Shown one piece after another: positions 35,801 through 50,100 of a DNA stretch of 64,000 bases; position 1 is the stretch's first letter, and each line of letters opens with the position of its first letter. This stretch comes from Tubulanus polymorphus (lineage: Eukaryota; Animalia; Nemertea), in contig NW_027437455.1 of NCBI RefSeq assembly GCF_964204645.1, forward strand, positions 38,455-102,454, read 5' to 3'. Both the position numbers and the translations under genes were made by a program. The notes under the pieces are model-generated. The model was not told the DNA's origin. It ran no database searches and saw nothing but the letters and a program-made list of their open reading frames with translations.

Positions 35801-38258
35801 CCCGCGCTGAACGACGTTTTCGGGTCGAAAAGTGCTTTTCCTGACGATTTGAGCGCTTTTACGCATCGACATTTTCGTTTTTCGGAAAGGGGGAATATTT
35901 GATACGAAAACGTCTTTTCTCGCGCTGAACGACGTTTTCGGGTCGAAAAGTGCTTTTCCTGACGATTTGAGCGCTTTTACGCATCGACATTTTCATTTTT
36001 CCGATAGGGGGAATATTTGATACGAAAACGTCTTTTCTCGCGCTGAACGACGTTTTCGGGTCGAAAAGTGCTTTTCCTGACGATTTGAGCGCTTTTACGC
36101 ATCGTCATTTTCGTTTTTCGGATAGGGGGAATATTTGATACGAAAACGTCTTTTCTCGCGCTGAACGACGTTTTCGGGTCGAAAAGTGCTTTTCCTGGCG
36201 ATTTGAGCGCTTTTACGCATCGACATTTTCGTTTTTCCGATAGGGGGAATATTTGATACGAAAACGTCTTTTCTCGCGCTGAACGACGTTTTCGCGTCGA
36301 AAAGTGCTTTCCTGACGATTTGAGCGATTTTACGCATCGACATTGTCGTTTTTCCGATAGGGGAATATTTGATACGAAAACGTCTTTTCTCGCGCTGAAC
36401 GACGTTTTCGCGTCGAAAAGTGCTTTTCCTGACGATTTGAGCGCTTTTACGCATCGACATTTTCATTTTTCCGATAGGGGGATTATTTGATACGAAAACG
36501 TCTCTTCCCGCGCTGAACGAACGTTTTCGGGTCGAAAAGTGCTTTTCCTGACGATTTGAGCGCTTTTACGCATCGACATTTTCGTTTTTCGGATAGGGGG
36601 AATATTTGATACGAAAACGTCTTTTCTCGCGCTGAACGACGTTTTCGCGTCGAAAAGTGCTTTCCTGACGATTTGAGCGCTTTTACGCATCGACATTGTC
36701 GTTTTTCCGATAGGGGGAATATTTGATACGAAAACGTCTTTTCTCGCGCTGAACGACGTTTTCGCGTCGAAAAGTGCTTTTCCTGACGATTTGAGCGCTT
36801 TTACGCATCGACATTTTCATTTTTCCGATAGGGGGAATATTTGATACGAAAACGTCTCTTCCCGCGCTGAACGAACGTTTTCGGGTCGAAAAGTGCTTTT
36901 CCTGACGATTTGAGCGCTTTTACGCATCGACATTTTCGTTTTTCGGATAGGGGGAATATTTGATACGAAAACGTCTTTTCTCGCGCTGAACGACGTTTTC
37001 GCGTCGAAAAGTGCTTTTCCTGACGATTTGAGCGCTTTTACGCATCGACATTTTCATTTTTCCGATAGGGGGAATATTTGATACGAAAACGTCTCTTCCC
37101 GCGCTGAACGAACGTTTTCGGGTCGAAAAGTGCTTTTCCTGACGATTTGAGCGCTTTTACGCATCGACATTTTCGTTTTTCGGATAGGGGGAATATTTGA
37201 TACGAAAACGTCTTTTCTCCCGCTGAACGACGTTTTCGCGTCGAAAAGTGCTTTTCCTGACGATTTGAGCGCTTTTACGCATCGACATTGTCGTTTTTCC
37301 GATAGGGGGAATATTTGATACGAAAACGTCTTTTCTCGCGCTGAACGACGTTTTCGCGTCGAAAAGTGCTTTTCCTGACGATTTGAGCGCTTTTACGCAT
37401 CGACATTGTCGTTTTTCCGATAGGGGGAATATTTGATTCGAAAACGTCTTTTCTCGCGCTGAACGACGTTTTCGCGTCGAAAAGTGCTTTTCCTGACGAT
37501 TTGAGCGCTTTTACGCATCGACATTTTCGTTTTTCGGATAGGGGGAATATTTGATACGAAAACGTCTTTTCTCGCGCTGAACGACGTTTTCGCGTCGAAA
37601 AGTGCTTTTCCTGACGATTTGAGCGCTTTTACGCATCGACATTTTCATTTTTCCGATAGGGGGAATATTTGATACGAAAACGTCCCCTTCCGCGCTGAAC
37701 GAACGTTTTCGGTTCGAAAAGTGCTTTTCCTGACGATTTGAGCGCTTTTACGCATCGACATTTTCGTTTTTCGGATAGGGGGAATATTTGATACGAAAAC
37801 GTCTTTTCTCGCGCTGAACGACGTTTTCGCGTCGAAAAGTGCTTTTCCTGACGATTTGAGCGCTTTTACGCATCGACATTTTCGTTTTTCGGATAGGGGG
37901 AATATTTGATACGAAAACGTCTTTTCTTGCGCTGAACGACGTTTTCGGGTCGAAAAGTGCTTTTCCTGACGATTTGAGCGTTTTTACGCATCGACATTTT
38001 CGTTTTTCCGATAGAGGGAATATTTGATACGAAAACGTCTTTTCTCGCGCTGAACGACGTTTTCGCGTCGAAAAGTGCTTTTCCTGACGATTTGAGCGCT
38101 TTTACGCATCGACATTTTCATTTTTCCGATAGGGGGAATATTTGATACGAAAACGTCTCTTCCCTCGCTGAACGAACGTTTTCGGGTCGAAAAGTGCTTT
38201 TCCTGACGATTTGAGCGCTTTTACGCATCGACATTTTCATTTTTCCGATAGGGGGAAT
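11860..38258. repeat. 118-bp tandem satellite array, about 223 monomers
   Basis: Monomer GACATT(G/T)TCGTTTTTCCGATAGGGGGAATATTTGATACGAAAACGTCTTTTCTCGCGCTGAACGACGTTTTCG(G/C)GTCGAAAAGTGCTTTTCCTGACGATTTGAGCGCTTTTACGCATC. Period 11860 to 11978 = 118 bp; 117- and 119-bp variants occur. Confidence 0.98.
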
Positions 38259-38814
38259 TGTTGTGGAGTTGCCTTCGGTTCTCCAACAATGTTGTGGAGT
38301 TGAGTTTTTCAACCAATTGTTGTGGGGGCCACGTTGCGTTCTCCCCTCGTGTTGTCGTTGTTGGTTCCGATTAATCCGATAAGTGATATCCCTCTGACTC
38401 CGGAATAATAACAACTCTTCTCGTGGGTCTACGTTCTTTCTTTATTTTCCCGCACAATTCTTATTCCTTCCTACAGCTCGTATTTTTAGGCTTCTCCGCC
38501 ACTCTAGCATCTCTCTCCCCCTTACTGTGCTGACCCTCCCTTTTTATCTTATTTCATGTTACTCGTGACGTATACTTCTACATATGTTATACGTCACGAG
38601 TTTATTACTTGTTTACTTCCTAGCCATACCAGAGCTCAAGGCTGCCGCTATAACCAGCAACCCTACGCAGATACTCACGTCACTTTCACCTATCTTCTAT
38701 TCAGTGTCTTGTGTGCGACGTAAGCATCAACGTAGGTTGTTTACTAACTTCAGCCACTGCCCTGAACTCTGGCTTCCCTCCCTCTATGCAAACTACAAAT
38801 TTATCACCCCAATA
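38259..38814 (-). repeat. 3' LTR of copy 1
   Basis: Direct repeat of 41734-42289 with about 4 substitutions; adjacent to the PPT. Confidence 0.92.
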
Positions 38815-38828
38815 CTATCCTCCTCCCC
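38815..38828 (-). other. Polypurine tract
   Basis: Minus strand GGGGAGGAGGATAG immediately before the 3' LTR. Confidence 0.8.
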
Positions 38829-41722
38829 AGACGATTGGTCCCCAATCGCCAAAAATTCACAAGACCCTATTGTAGTTTCCCAAAAAAAATCTTTTCAAAA
38901 GTGTACAGGCTTCAGAACATCATTCATAAGCAACATCTCTAACAACTTAAAGCCAGCCGCAGGGTAATGAAAATTACACAAAACCTTCAGAACATCAAGA
39001 CTAATGATACACAACCACCATTCCGTACATCAATTTACAACACCTGTAAAGTAGACATAGATCACAATTTCTGACCCTTTCCCCTATTATCCAATCCTAC
39101 ATCAAACTTCTACCTAAACTAAGCAACACACCCCACTCATCATCAGTTCATCTTATTCATCAACGAGACCTACATGGACCCCATAGAATTTTACGGTAAG
39201 CCAAAAAAGTTTCTAAAAACACACGAACTTTATCTAAGGGAAAGCAATCATCTACAAATATCAAATATGAGACTCTTTTCATCAGTAATATATAACAATT
39301 ATGAGGCATGTACATCTGTATATTGATCTTACATTTAATGAGAACAAGCCTATACAATTGTAGTCATGCAAAAAAAACATATCAAACACAACTTCCCAAA
39401 TAGCTTTCATAGACAATCACCCATTTCTCTATATCCACATTTATGTAGTCTAATAATTTAACAATATATGACCAACCACTTCAACTTTCTGACTCTTCTC
39501 GTTCTCGTTATCTTTACCAAAAAAAATAATCAGTGTGTGCAGCCTTATTTGTCTTTAAAATTACCATTGCAAACATGTCAATTTCCCACTGTCCAAACTA
39601 TCAGCCGTTACCTTAACCGATATCAGATGATTTGTCAAACCTGTCCCGACCCCAATCAACGACGTAAATTAATACAGATGCCAGATACATCATTTAGTTG
39701 ATTATTATGTGCCCAGCACACGTTGGCAACAGACATGCTCAACAATGAATTCACAAACAATTTCATAATAATTTTTCTATGTGTACGTAACATAAAGGTA
39801 AGCCAAAACATACCAAAAATGAATATACCGCATGCGTACATTCGCATTATTGAGATGTCAGCTGCTAGTCCCCACCCATTGCCTCAGAAAGCACATTTAT
39901 CCGTAGTCTAGGCAGGGATAACATGAACTGCTATTTGCGGCTTGGAACCGTTGAAATAGACAGGCAGGCCGCCATATATTTATGGAAGGATGTCATAAAG
40001 TGACCACAAAACTCATTAAGATGCATCACCCAAAAGTTAGGGAAAATTCCTCTGGACACTACTCATTCAGTGCCATTCAAACAGCCGATTCTCAAAAATT
40101 AACTTTAACTCCTGGGCCTATGGTCTTCCAAACCACCCACATCTGATATTCGAATTGTTCTAATTCCTTCCCGCAAATCAGGGGATATAACCCCACATGT
40201 AAAACGGCCGACGCATCATCCTGTATATAAACCGGTCAGGACGGACTGAAAGTTCGGAAAAACATAGCGCTCACACATCCCTGATATCTACGACCATTCA
40301 GTTAAGATACCCAATCTACCGAATAATACTTATCATACTTATTGTATTACGCAATGAGCAACCCTTTACTTCTAAAAAACCAATCCCCTGAATGGCCATT
40401 TCAGCATACCTAACAAATAGCTGTATCGTGACATTTCTCATTTCCGTATCATCCCCCATGTCACGCCTTACCGGAGTAAATAAAATCTATGGATAAATAG
40501 GGAACCGGCCGACGAATCACCCATTTGGTATTTCTTGATATTCGACCCTAATAATGTCCAACATATATATCCAATCTTTCCCAGAGGCTAGCCACTAAAC
40601 ATTATACTGTTTCAAAGGATCTTCAGAATTAATCCTTCGGGCTATAATCCCCCGTTTTAATCCGGACCCTCCCTAGAGCATCCCTTACTCTTCATCCAGG
40701 TCCCTGGTCCACCTTAATTCATCTCATATAAACTACTCTATCCAAACCCCCTCTGGTAAGATTCACCACTGAGCGCCCAATCTAACCTTTGCACAATAAA
40801 CATATTCTATACTAACTCGCGATACTCATTATATTTCTTAAAACCACATAAACACCACAGTTATTTGTTAGGTATATACAGGCAGTGAGCGCTTTCAACT
40901 ATCGTTACACTGATAACCGAGTGGCTCACCTAGACTAATAAATCATTCTTTCGCGAAATACCATCCAGCAAATTTAGCAAACTATAAAAGATTTACGTAG
41001 TGCATATTTATATCTACGTAGATACAATAACCCAGCACACAAGCAACTTAAAAACGCTGAGTATCATTCTACAAAAGCAATCAAAACATGCAGAAATACA
41101 TATCATATTATTTACAATTACTATAAGCCGCAATCGTAGTCCGTTGAACGTCTCCAAGGTCGATTTCCCGTAGCAGATCTATGAACTGTCCGATGATGAA
41201 ATGCGTTTGTATAATGCCTCTAATACCCCACTGTATTTCATTTATCGCGTTACGATCGCAGAATCGCTTCGTTTCCGAACGCCATTATGTCCGTTAATTC
41301 ACACGAATCTAAATTCGGAGTAGTGAATCCAATTTTCTGCCATATAAAACGTAGTGTCCAAAACACGATCTTACGAAAACGCCACACCAAATCGGATAAT
41401 TCAATTAATCTAAATATGGAAAGAAACAACTTCTTTCCGCACTGGAAGCTCTATAATTCATTTCAACTGAATCTGACGATATGAAGATTACATATTTCTC
41501 GAATAAGACAAACAAACAGCTATTGAATCCAGACGGGAATGATTTTTATACACAGATCGAGTTATCCGCAATATTTCAACTTAACCCGCGGTAGCGGCCC
41601 GTATTTCATGTAATTATAACGGTTACGGAATGTAACGTTCATCTTACACTTTTACTTCACCCCTGTTCACTCACCAAATATACACGATCGCTTGGCAGCG
41701 AGAGGTGCAGGATACACCACTG

Positions 41723-41732
41723 TTCTCCACCA
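41723..41732 (-). other. Primer binding site, probably tRNA-Ala
   Basis: Minus strand TGGTGGAGAA, 1 nt after the 5' LTR end (CAACA). It is complementary to the 3' end ...TCTCCACCA typical of tRNA-Ala. Confidence 0.7.
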
Positions 41733-41733
41733 A

Positions 41734-42289
41734 TGTTGTGGGGTTGCTTTCGGTTCTCCAACAATGTTGTGGAGTTGAGTTTCTCAACCAATTGTTGTGG
41801 GGGCCACGTTGCGTTCTCCCCTCGTGTTGTCGTTGTTGGTTCCGATTAATCCGATAAGTGATATCCCTCTGACTCCGGAATAATAACAACTCTTCTCGTG
41901 GGTCTACGTTCTTTCTTTATTTTCCCGCACAATTCTTATTCCTTCCTACAGCTCGTATTTTTAGGCTTCTCCGCCACTCTAGCATCTCTCTCCCCCTTAC
42001 TGTGCTGACCCTCCCTTTTTATCTTATTTCATGTTACTCGTGACGTATACTTCTACATATGTTATACGTCACGAGTTTATTACTTGTTTACTTCCTAGCC
42101 ATACCAGAGCTCAAGGCTGCCGCTATAACCAGCAACCCTACGCAGATACTCACGTCACTTTCACCTATCTTCTATTCAGTGTCTTGTGTGCGACGTAAGC
42201 ATCTACGTAGGTTGTTTACTAACTTCAGCCACTGCCCTGAACTCTGGCTTCCCTCCCTCTATGCAAACTACAAATTTATCACCCCAATA
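41734..42289 (-). repeat. 5' LTR of copy 1
   Basis: Direct repeat of 38259-38814, followed on the minus strand by the PBS. Confidence 0.92.
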
Positions 42290-43120
42290 GAATATTTGAT
42301 ACGAAAACGTCTTTTCTCGCGCTGAACGACGTTTTCGCGTCGAAAAGTGCTTTTCCTGACGATTTGAGCGCTTTTACGCATCGACATTGTCGTTTTTCCG
42401 ATAGGGGGAATATTTGATACGAAAACGTCTTTTCTCGCGCTGAACGACGTTTTCGCGTCGAAAAGTGCTTTTCCTGACGATTTGAGCGCTTTTACGCATC
42501 GACATTTTCATTTTTCCGATAGGGGGATTATTTGATACGAAAACGTCTCTTCCCGCGCTGAACGAACGTTTTCGGGTCGAAAAGTGCTTTTCCTGACGAT
42601 TTGAGCGCTTTTACGCATCGACATTTTCGTTTTTCGGATAGGGGGAATATTTGATACGAAAACGTCTTTTCTCGCGCTGAACGACGTTTTCGCGTCGAAA
42701 AGTGCTTTCCTGACGATTTGAGCGCTTTTACGCATCGACATTGTCGTTTTTCGGATAGGGGGAATATTTGATACGAAAACGTCTTTTCTTGCGCTGAACG
42801 ACGTTTTCGGGTCGAAAAGTGCTTTTCCTGACGATTTGAGCGTTTTTACGCATCGACATTTTCGTTTTTCCGATAGAGGGAATATTTGATACGAAAACGT
42901 CTTTTCTCGCGCTGAACGACGTTTTCGCGTCGAAAAGTGCTTTTCCTGACGATTTGAGCGCTTTTACGCATCGACATTTTCATTTTTCCGATAGGGGGAA
43001 TATTTGATACGAAAACGTCTCTTCCCTCGCTGAACGAACGTTTTCGGGTCGAAAAGTGCTTTTCCTGACGATTTGAGCGCTTTTACGCATCGACATTTTC
43101 ATTTTTCCGATAGGGGGAAT
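42290..43120. repeat. 118-bp satellite, about 7 monomers between the LTR element copies
   Basis: Same monomer, same orientation. Confidence 0.97.
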
Positions 43121-46100
43121 TGTTGTGGAGTTGCCTTCGGTTCTCCAACAATGTTGTGGAGTTGAGTTTTTCAACCAATTGTTGTGGGGGCCACGTTGCG
43201 TTCTCCCCTCGTGTTGTCGTTGTTGGTTCCGATTAATCCGATAAGTGATATCCCTCTGACTCCGGAATAATAACAACTCTTCTCGTGGGTCTACGTTCTT
43301 TCTTTATTTTCCCGCACAATTCTTATTCCTCCCTACAGCTCGTATTTTTAGGCTTCTCCGCCACTCTAGCATCTCTCTCCCCCTTACTGTGCTGACCCTC
43401 CCTTTTTATCTTATTTCATGTTACTCGTGACGTATACTTCTACATATGTTATACGTCACGAGTTTATTACTTGTTTACTTCCTAGCCATACCAGAGCTCA
43501 AGGCTGCCGCTATAACCAGCAACCCTACGCAGATACTCACGTCACTTTCACCTATCTTCTATTCAGTGTCTTGTGTGCGACGTAAGCATCAACGTAGGTT
43601 GTTTACTAACTTCAGCCACTGCCCTGAACTCTGGCTTCCCTCCCTCTATGCAAACTACAAATTTATCACCCCAATACTATCCTCCTCCCCAGACGATTGG
43701 TCCCCAATCGCCAAAAATTCACAAGACCCTATTGTAGTTTCCCAAAAAAAATCTTTTCAAAAGTGTACAGGCTTCAGAACATCATTCATAAGCAACATCT
43801 CTAACAACTTAAAGCCAGCCGCAGGGTAATGAAAATTACACAAAACCTTCAGAACATCAAGACTAATGATACACAACCACCATTCCGTACATCAATTTAC
43901 AACACCTGTAAAGTAGACATAGATCACAATTTCTGACCCTTTCCCCTATTATCCAATCCTACATCAAACTTCTACCTAAACTAAGCAACACACCCCACTC
44001 ATCATCAGTTCATCTTATTCATCAACGAGACCTACATGGACCCCATAGAATTTTACGGTAAGCCAAAAAAGTTTCTAAATACTTATAAACTTAACACACG
44101 AACTTTATCTAAGGGAAAGCAATCATCTACAAATATCAAATATGAGACTCTTTTCATCAGTAATATATAACAATTATGAGGCATGTACATCTGTATATTG
44201 ATCTTACATTTAATGAGAACAAGCCTATACAATTGTAGTCATGCAAAAAAAACATATCAAACACAACTTCCCAAATAGCTTTCATAGACAATCACCCATT
44301 TCTCTATATCCACATTTATGTAGTCTAATAATTTAACAATATATGACCAACCACTTCAACTTTCTGACTCTTCTCGTTCTCGTTATCTTTACCAAAAAAA
44401 ATAATCAGTGTGTGCAGCCTAATTTGTCTTTAAAATTACCATTGCAAACATGTCAATTTCCCACTGTCCAAACTATCAGCCGTTACCTTAACCGATATCA
44501 GATGATTTGTCAAACCTGTCCCGACCCCAATCAACGACGTAAATTAATACAGATGCCAGATACATCATTTAGTTGATTATTATGTGCCCAGCACACGTTG
44601 GCAACAGACATGCTCAACAATGAATTCACAAACAATTTCATAATAATTTTTCTATGTGTACGTAACATAAAGGTAAGCCAAAACATACCAAAAATGAATA
44701 TACCGCATGCGTACATTCGCATTATTGAGATGTCAGCTGCTAGTCCCCACCCATTGCCTCAGAAAGCACATTTATCCGTAGTCTAGGCAGGGATAACATG
44801 AACTGCTATTTGCGGCTTGGAACCGTTGAAATAGACAGGCAGGCCGCCATATATTTATGGAAGGATGTCATAAAGTGACCACAAAACTCATTAAGATGCA
44901 TCACCCAAAAGTTAGGGAAAATTCCTCTGGACACTACTCATTCAGTGCCATTCAAACAGCCGATTCTCAAAAATTAACTTTAACTCCTGGGCCTATGGTC
45001 TTCCAAACCACCCACATCTGATATTCGAATTGTTCTAATTCCTTCCCGCAAATCAGGGGATATAACCCCACATGTAAAACGGCCGACGCATCATCCTGTA
45101 TATAAACCGGTCAGGACGGACTGAAAGTTCGGAAAAACATAGCGCTCACACATCCCTGATATCTACGACCATTCAGTTAAGATACCCAATCTACCGAATA
45201 ATACTTATCATACTTATTGTATTACGCAATGAGCAACCCTTTACTTCTAAAAAACCAATCCCCTGAATGGCCATTTCAGCATACCTAACAAATAGCTGTA
45301 TCGTGACATTTCTCATTTCCGTATCATCCCCCATGTCACGCCTTACCGGAGTAAATAAAATCTATGGATAAATAGGGAACCGGCCGACGAATCACCCATT
45401 TGGTATTTCTTGATATTCGACCCTAATAATGTCCAACATATATATCCAATCTTTCCCAGAGGCTAGCCACTAAACATTATACTGTTTCAAAGGATCTTCA
45501 GAATTAATCCTTCGGGCTATAATCCCCCGTTTTAATCCGGACCCTCCCTAGAGCATCCCTTACTCTTCATCCAGGTCCCTGGTCCACCTTAATTCATCTC
45601 ATATAAACTACTCTATCCAAACCCCCTCTGGTAAGATTCACCACTGAGCGCCCAATCTAACCTTTGCACAATAAACATATTCTATACTAACTCGCGATAC
45701 TCATTATATTTCTTAAAACCACATAAACACCACAGTTATTTGTTAGGTATATACAGGCAGTGAGCGCTTTCAACTATCGTTACACTGATAACCGAGTGGC
45801 TCACCTAGACTAATAAATCATTCTTTCGCGAAATACCATCCAGCAAATTTAGCAAACTATAAAAGATTTACGTAGTGCATATTTATATCTACGTAGATAC
45901 AATAACCCAGCACACAAGCAACTTAAAAACGCTGAGTATCATTCTACAAAAGCAATCAAAACATGCAGAAATACATATCATATTATTTACAATTACTATA
46001 AGCCGCAATCGTAGTCCGTTGAACGTCTCCAAGGTCGATTTCCCGTAGCAGATCTATGAACTGTCCGATGATGAAATGCGTTTGTATAATGCCTCTAATA

Positions 46101-47164
46101 CCCCACTGTATTTCATTTATCGCGTTACGATCGCAGAATCGCTTCGTTTCCGAACGCCATTATGTCCGTTAATTCACACGAATCTAAATTCGGAGTAGTG
46201 AATCCAATTTTCTGCCATATAAAACGTAGTGTCCAAAACACGATCTTACGAAAACGCCACACCAAATCGGATAATTCAATTAATCTAAATATGGAAAGAA
46301 ACAACTTCTTTCCGCACTGGAAGCTCTATAATTCATTTCAACTGAATCTGACGATATGAAGATTACATATTTCTCGAATAAGACAAACAAACAGCTATTG
46401 AATCCAGACGGGAATGATTTTTATACACAGATCGAGTTATCCGCAATATTTCAACTTAACCCGCGGTAGCGGCCCGTATTTCATGTAATTATAACGGTTA
46501 CGGAATGTAACGTTCATCTTACACTTTTACTTCACCCCTGTTCACTCACCAAATATACACGATCGCTTGGCAGCGAGAGGTGCAGGATACACCACTGTTC
46601 TCCACCAATGTTGTGGGGTTGCTTTCGGTTCTCCAACAATGTTGTGGAGTTGAGTTTCTCAACCAATTGTTGTGGGGGCCACGTTGCGTTCTCCCCTCGT
46701 GTTGTCGTTGTTGGTTCCGATTAATCCGATAAGTGATATCCCTCTGACTCCGGAATAATAACAACTCTTCTCGTGGGTCTACGTTCTTTCTTTATTTTCC
46801 CGCACAATTCTTATTCCTTCCTACAGCTCGTATTTTTAGGCTTCTCCGCCACTCTAGCATCTCTCTCCCCCTTACTGTGCTGACCCTCCCTTTTTATCTT
46901 ATTTCATGTTACTCGTGACGTATACTTCTACATATGTTATACGTCACGAGTTTATTACTTGTTTACTTCCTAGCCATACCAGAGCTCAAGGCTGCCGCTA
47001 TAACCAGCAACCCTACGCAGATACTCACGTCACTTTCACCTATCTTCTATTCAGTGTCTTGTGTGCGACGTAAGCATCTACGTAGGTTGTTTACTAACTT
47101 CAGCCACTGCCCTGAACTCTGGCTTCCCTCCCTCTATGCAAACTACAAATTTATCACCCCAATA
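43121..47164 (-). mobile_element. Non-autonomous LTR retrotransposon, copy 2 (4044 bp); LTRs 43121-43676 and 46609-47164
   Basis: Near-identical to copy 1, with a 13-bp indel TACTTATAAACTT near 44080 and a few SNPs. Same GAAT TSD and same satellite phase. Confidence 0.92.
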
Positions 47165-50100
47165 GAATATTTGATACGAAAACGTCTTTTCTCGCGCTGA
47201 ACGACGTTTTCGCGTCGAAAAGTGCTTTTCCTGACGATTTGAGCGCTTTTACGCATCGACATTGTCGTTTTTCCGATAGGGGGAATATTTGATACGAAAA
47301 CGTCTTTTCTCGCGCTGAACGACGTTTTCGCGTCGAAAAGTGCTTTTCCTGACGATTTGAGCGCTTTTACGCATCGACATTTTCATTTTTCCGATAGGGG
47401 GATTATTTGATACGAAAACGTCTCTTCCCGCGCTGAACGAACGTTTTCGGGTCGAAAAGTGCTTTTCCTGACGATTTGAGCGCTTTTACGCATCGACATT
47501 TTCGTTTTTCGGATAGGGGGAATATTTGATACGAAAACGTCTTTTCTCGCGCTGAACGACGTTTTCGCGTCGAAAAGTGCTTTCCTGACGATTTGAGCGC
47601 TTTTACGCATCGACATTGTCGTTTTTCCGATAGGGGGAATATTTGATACGAAAACGTCTTTTCTCGCGCTGAACGACGTTTTCGCGTCGAAAAGTGCTTT
47701 TCCTGACGATTTGAGCGCTTTTACGCATCGACATTTTCATTTTTCCGATAGGGGGAATATTTGATACGAAAACGTCTCTTCCCGCGCTGAACGAACGTTT
47801 TCGGGTCGAAAAGTGCTTTTCCTGACGATTTGAGTGCTTTTACGCATCGACATTTTCGTTTTTCCGATAAGGGGAATATTTGATACGAAAACGTCTTTTC
47901 TCGCGCTGAACGACGTTTTCGCGTCGAAAAGTGCTTTTCCTGACGATTTGAGCGCTTTTACGCATCGACATTTTCGTTTTTCCGATAGGGGGAATATTTG
48001 ATACGAAAACGTCTTTTCTCGCGCTGAACGACGTTTTCGCGTCGAAAAGTGCTTTTCCTGACGATTTGAGCGCTTTTACGCATCGACATTTTCATTTTTC
48101 CGATAGGGGGAATATTTGATACGAAAACGTCTCTTCCCGCGCTGAACGAACGTTTTCGGGTCGAAAAGTGCTTTTCCTGACGATTTGAGCGCTTTTACGC
48201 ATCGACATTTTCGTTTTTCGGATAGGGGGAATATTTGATACGAAAACGTCTTTTCTCGCGCTGAACGACGTTTTCGCGTCGATAAGTGCTTTTCCTGACG
48301 ATTTGAGCGCTTTTACGCATCGACATTTTCATTTTTCCGATAGGGGGAATATTTGATACGAAAACGTCTCTTCCCGCGCTGAACGAACGTTTTCGGGTCG
48401 AAAAGTGCTTTTCCTGACGATTTGAGCGCTTTTACGCATCGACATTTTCGTTTTTCGGATAGGGGGAATATTTGATACGAAAACGTCTTTTCTCCCGCTG
48501 AACGACGTTTTCGCGTCGAAAAGTGCTTTTCCTGACGATTTGAGCGCTTTTAGGCATCGACCTTGTCGTTTTTCCGATAGGGGGAATATTTGATACGAAA
48601 ACGTCTTTTCTCGCGCTGAACGACGTTTTCGCGTCGAAAAGTGCTTTTCCTGACGATTTGAGCGCTTTTACGCATCGACATTGTCGTTTTTCCGATAGGG
48701 GGAATATTTGATTCGAAAACGTCTTTTCTCGCGCTGAACGACGTTTTCGCGTCGAAAAGTGCTTTTCCTGACGATTTGAGCGCTTTTACGCATCGACATT
48801 TTCGTTTTTCGGATAGGGGGAATATTTGATACGAAAACGTCTTTTCTCGCGCTGAACGACGTTTTCGCGTCGAAAAGTGCTTTTCCTGACGATTTGAGCG
48901 CTTTTACGCATCGACATTTTCATTTTTCCGATAGGGGGAATATTTGATACGAAAACGTCCCCTTCCGCGCTGAACGAACGTTTTCGGTTCGAAAAGTGCT
49001 TTTCCTGACGATTTGAGCGCTTTTACGCATCGACATTTTCGTTTTTCGGATAGGGGGAATATTTGATACGAAAACGTCTTTTCTCGCGCTGAACGACGTT
49101 TTCGCGTCGAAAAGAGCTTTTCCTGACGATTTGAGCGCTTTTACGCATCGACATTTTCGTTTTTCGGATAGGGGGAATATTTGATACGAAAACGTCTTTT
49201 CTCGCGCTGAACGACGTTTTCGGGTCGAAAAGTGCTTTTCCTGACGATTTGAGCGTTTTTACGCATCGACATTTTCGTTTTTCCGATAGGGGGAATATTT
49301 GATTCGAAAACGTCTTTTCTCGCGCTGAACGACGTTTTCGCGTCGAAAAGTGCTTTTCCTGACGATTTGAGCGCTTTTACGCATCGACATTGTCATTTTT
49401 CCGATAGAGGGAATATTTGATACGAAAACGTCTTTTCTCGCGCTGAACGACGTTTTCGCGTCGAAAAGTGCTTTTCCTGACGATTTGAGCGCTTTTACGC
49501 ATCGACATTTTCATTTTTCCGATAGGGGGAATATTTGATACGAAAACGTCTCTTCCCTCGCTGAACGAACGTTTTCGGGTCGAAAAGTGCTTTTCCTGAC
49601 GATTTGAGCGCTTTTACGCATCGACATTTTCATTTTTCCGATAGGGGGAATATTTGATACGAAAACGTCTTTTCTCGCGCTGAACGACGTTTTCGCGTCG
49701 AAAAGTGCTTTTCCTGACGATTTGAGCGCTTTTACGCATCCACATTGTCTTTTTCCCGATAGAGGGAATATTTGATACGAAAACGTCTTTTCTCGCGCTG
49801 AACGACGTTTTCGCGTCGAAAAGTGCTTTTCCCGACGATTTGAGCGCTTTTACGCATCGACATTTTCGTTTTTCCGATAGGGGGAATATTTGATACGAAA
49901 ACGTCTCTTCCCGCGCTGAACGAACGTTTTCGGGTCGAAAAGTGCTTTTCCTGGCGATTTGAGCGCTTTTACGCATCGACATTTTCGTTTTTCGGATAGG
50001 GGGAATATTTGATACGAAAACGTCTTTTCTCGCGCTGAACGACGTTTTCGCGTCGAAAAGTGCTTTTCCTGACGATTTGAGCGCTTTTACGCATCGACAT

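Larger units (their letters stand above)
38259..42289 (-). mobile_element. Non-autonomous LTR retrotransposon, copy 1 (4031 bp)
   Basis: 556-bp direct repeats at 38259-38814 and 41734-42289; 4-bp TSD GAAT (38255-38258, 42290-42293); PBS and PPT on the minus strand; no long internal ORF. Confidence 0.92.

Noticed and set aside
41693-41702. Plus-strand TGGCAGCG as a tRNA-Leu PBS
   Set aside because: Wrong orientation and position relative to the LTRs; PPT and TGGTGGAGAA define a minus-strand element.
38118-47200. Short ORFs (60-127 aa) in and around the LTR elements as gag/pol/env
   Set aside because: No recognisable retroelement motifs; several straddle LTR or satellite boundaries.
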